Source: a virus. Taken from it: 64,000 nucleotides of DNA. Below are positions 61,544 to 64,000 of the stretch, piece by piece. The notes below the pieces were generated by a model, which searched no databases, had not been told where the DNA came from, and worked only from the letters and a program-made list of their open reading frames with translations. A program made the position numbers and the translations under genes. The stretch covers positions 1 to 64,000 of the IMG/VR virus record IMGVR_UViG_3300033141_001941; one strand, written 5' to 3'. How positions within the stretch are numbered: the stretch's first letter is position 1; the number at the start of each line of letters is the position of its first letter.

Positions 61544-62434
61544 TCAAGCAGCAACAAACCGCCCCCGAGCCTCCGCAGAAGCAATTTTTCCCTGAACCTT
61601 CAGTTTGTATAACGCGTTACGCACCTGTCCATCGGACAAACCAGTCGCCTCGATGATCTCATTCTTATTAAGTGGAGTATCAGCCGCTGCAACCGCGTTC
61701 AAAACCGCGTCCATAATCTCCCCACTTTTCCCGCGTTTCTGCGGTCTGCTCTTCTTGCCTTTACGGGCCTCTGCGGCCTTTTCTTTGGCCTTAACAAGTT
61801 CGCCGTCGTCAACGTCATCAGAATCATCGGAGCCGCCACCAGCCGGTTCATCAAACAACGAGTTGTTCCACACAACAAGTTCGTGATCATCGTCAAAGTC
61901 GGGCTCATCCGGGTCCTGATACCGAACGGCAATCTCATCCAGAACCTCACCGAGCAGCTTCACTTTTGTTTTCTTCACGGTCTTAATGCCGAGTTCCTTA
62001 GCGTACTTGCGAAGCTCCGGCAGCTCAACCTTCTTTGCCAATTCCTTCAACTGCTCCAAGTCGTCCTTTTCTCGCATCTTCATCCTCCTTTGTGTTTTTG
62101 GTTTCATTACACAACTGCCTTTATCAGATACAGTTATACCACACTTTCCGCTCGAAACAACATTTTTTTTCGCAAAACGCAGTTCTCTAATAGTACCCCG
62201 CAAAAATGATCTTCCATTGGAATAATTGCCGTTAACATAATCCTGAACTATCGCAAGCACAAACTTCTGAACGTCGCCCAACATCCAAGAGCCTAATAGC
62301 TCATCAGGCGGCAACAATATCAGCTTTAATAACATCTGCGCCCTATCGCTAAGCTCATCAATGGCAATCGACTCCAAACACCCACCAAAATAACCGTCTT
62401 CCTGCAAAACATGCACCAAAACACCTCCTTTCAC
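61544..62434 (-). CDS. Acidic/Lys-rich DNA-binding protein with HeH-like motif and C-terminal wHTH (third copy of the MuF wHTH module)
   Basis: The ORF is 296 aa. An internal start MREKDD has AAAGGAGG upstream, so the real product may be ~178 aa. LRKYAKELGIKTVKKTKVKLL is HeH-like. The C-terminus is ...IIEATGLSDGQVRNALYKLKVQGKIASAEARGRFVAA (nt 61547-61717). Confidence 0.55.
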   Translation of the reverse strand: MKGGVLVHVLQEDGYFGGCLESIAIDELSDRAQMLLKLILLPPDELLGSWMLGDVQKFVLAIVQDYVNGNYSNGRSFLRGTIRELRFAKKNVVSSGKCGITVSDKGSCVMKPKTQRRMKMREKDDLEQLKELAKKVELPELRKYAKELGIKTVKKTKVKLLGEVLDEIAVRYQDPDEPDFDDDHELVVWNNSLFDEPAGGGSDDSDDVDDGELVKAKEKAAEARKGKKSRPQKRGKSGEIMDAVLNAVAAADTPLNKNEIIEATGLSDGQVRNALYKLKVQGKIASAEARGRFVAA

Positions 62435-62597
62435 TCCACAAGCAACACCTACAGCTCACCTCCTTCCTACATATGACCGATTACGCGCGTACCGCCACCG
62501 CCGACAACCGAAACAACTACAATACGGAGATGTAGAAAGTTTCCTACATACAGACTCAAATACCCTGTAGTTGTTCCGCTCACAAAACACAACACAA

Positions 62598-62858
62598 TCA
62601 GGACGCTTTCTCAGCAATCCGAACCTTCTCCCGTCTCGTTTTAGTAAACCGAACATCCTTACCTCCAGAACGTCGCACAATCTCAGCAAGCAGCGAATCA
62701 ATCCTATGCAAAACGTCCCATGCTGCATCTGCAAGATCCCTACGCTCGCATGAGCAGAAGAAATCATATATTTCTTCATACCCACCATCCCAATTACCAC
62801 ATATCCACCAAAGCGCTTCAACCTCAGCCGGATGTAGCTTCAAAGTGACAGCCTCCAC
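62598..62858 (-). CDS. Small hypothetical protein
   Basis: The likely start is the GTG at 62858, 9 nt after GAAGGAG. I prefer this over the overlapping 62456..62821 ORF because its composition is normal. Confidence 0.45.
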   Translation of the reverse strand: MEAVTLKLHPAEVEALWWICGNWDGGYEEIYDFFCSCERRDLADAAWDVLHRIDSLLAEIVRRSGGKDVRFTKTRREKVRIAEKAS

Positions 62859-62946
62859 GATTATCACCTCCTTCTCTGTGTGTGATTTGGTCCCTCACTT
62901 CTGCCCACCGCCTGAAGCGATGAGCAGAGTCAAGGATCAAACAACA

Positions 62947-63930
62947 TCAAAAATCAAGTGCTCGCTCCATTTCAACAGTTGGAAGATCATTAAACTGCTT
63001 AACAACCTTCTTCACGGCTTTCCCAACAATGGCTCTATACTCCGCATCATCGCGGAGGTCTTCAGCATACACACCATCAAGCAACTTATCAACTTTGTCG
63101 GCAAACTCCTCAAACGGCTTGTCACCCCAAAAACTCATATCTTTTATCTGAGCAATAAACCGTTTCGGCTTTTCAACCGTACTTTCCTTAAATTTCCGTT
63201 TCGGATCGGCAAGCACCTCGGCCAAATGAGTGAGAATTTCAGCAAACGCGCCGCGCATTTGGCTTATGCTGTACTCGGCGACGTCCTTGATCTGCTCCCG
63301 CCACTTTGCCCGCTCCCGCTCAACTTCTTCAGGACTAAGCACACTAGCTCCAGCAGACGCCTGCGCACCATCACCGGGTGGCACAACCCGGTACACCGTA
63401 TACCACATGCGAAACTTCTTACACAATGCTTCAGCAGTGGGATACCCGCCCGTTTCCATAACACGCCCAAACAAAGCGGGATGTTTCTTCTTAAACTCCG
63501 CTTGATCACGCTCATACTGACTCATGCCCAACGCGGGATCAAAAGAAACATACCTTTCGACGGCGGCCCGTGACTCTTCAATACACCGGTCAACAAACTC
63601 CATGCACTCCTTAAGATATTTGTCCATGACAAAGTATACACCAGGAATGATCCATGGGTAACTACATTGCCGCACCTTATCACGTGCTGCACGTTGTGGC
63701 GTTGTAATGTCACGCAACCGCTCACCGTCGATGCACTTCTGCACCGCACGAACTGCCTTTGCGTCTGTGCCGAACTTCTCCAGCTTCATGTCGTCGGACA
63801 TCTTCTTTCTATTGCCCCACGCACTCCTATGAAGATGAAACAACCAACCTTCAGCCACAGCCCGACCAATAATCTGCCGCACCTCCTCATCACTAATCCG
63901 ATACACATTCTTACCAAGTTTTCCTCTCAT
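62947..63930 (-). CDS. Hypothetical early protein
   Basis: The likely start is MRGKLGKNVYRISDEE at 63930 (AAAGGAGGT SD). 327 aa with no confident family assignment. Confidence 0.5.
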   Translation of the reverse strand: MRGKLGKNVYRISDEEVRQIIGRAVAEGWLFHLHRSAWGNRKKMSDDMKLEKFGTDAKAVRAVQKCIDGERLRDITTPQRAARDKVRQCSYPWIIPGVYFVMDKYLKECMEFVDRCIEESRAAVERYVSFDPALGMSQYERDQAEFKKKHPALFGRVMETGGYPTAEALCKKFRMWYTVYRVVPPGDGAQASAGASVLSPEEVERERAKWREQIKDVAEYSISQMRGAFAEILTHLAEVLADPKRKFKESTVEKPKRFIAQIKDMSFWGDKPFEEFADKVDKLLDGVYAEDLRDDAEYRAIVGKAVKKVVKQFNDLPTVEMERALDF

Positions 63931-64000
63931 ACTTACCTCCTTTGCCCATCGTGGGCGCTTGGTGTTATTTAATCCCTCAAGAAGGAGCAGAAGCAAATAG

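Noticed and set aside
62456-62821. 121-aa ORF overlapping 62598..62867 in another frame
   Set aside because: It is Arg/Cys/Gly-rich and overlaps a more normal-looking ORF and the nested inverted repeats, so it is judged spurious.
1-64000. Known defence system, toxin-antitoxin pair, integrase/lysogeny module or lysis cassette
   Set aside because: I looked for the relevant signatures (RT, Cas, nucleases paired with ATPases outside the SbcCD context, MqsR next to the YgiT finger, tyrosine/serine recombinase, holin-endolysin) and could not support any of them. The YgiT-type finger has no adjacent toxin-like partner that I can recognise.

Overview
This 64-kb window is a tailed dsDNA phage or prophage genome segment. 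Every credible gene is on the minus strand. Genes are tightly packed, usually preceded by GGAGG-type Shine-Dalgarno sites, and often translationally coupled (ATGA / TAATG overlaps). All plus-strand ORFs in the track look like shadow ORFs.

In the direction of transcription (high to low coordinates) the window contains:
1. A replication/recombination module (63.9-48.3 kb): Dam methylase, DnaN-like clamp, B12-type radical SAM protein, UDG-PolA fusion, clamp loader, gp32-like SSB, RecA-like protein, Hjc-like resolvase, and an SbcCD/Mre11-Rad50-like nuclease whose ATPase is split around the nuclease gene.
2. A non-coding locus (48.3-47.8 kb): iterated octamers, two tRNA-like RNAs, an intrinsic terminator and a sigma70-like promoter.
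3. Packaging genes: TerS, TerL and portal.
4. An unusual ~12.8-kb accessory island between the portal and MuF genes. It is rich in glycan-tailoring enzymes: GT4, sulfotransferase, FkbM methyltransferase, CgeB-like GT, DUF1566, two LbH acyltransferases and a PIG-L deacetylase.
5. A 1252-aa MuF/gp7-like head protein interrupted by an intein and extended by an HEFGH zincin-like region and two wHTH modules.
6. Scaffold and major capsid genes.
7. Two giant paralogous proteins, one with a PhoD-like phosphoesterase and one with about 29 copies of a 14-15-residue repeat.
8. Head-tail connector genes.
9. A 5-kb island of exported proteins plus a GT2-TPR enzyme, inserted between the tail terminator and tail tube genes.
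10. The tail tube, G/G-T chaperones with an A_AAA_AAC slippery site, a tape measure protein carrying a second intein, and lambda/GTA-like tail-tip genes.

No rRNA, CRISPR array, integrase or recognisable defence system was seen. All family names come from motif recognition by eye. No database search, RNA folding program or HMM could be run.
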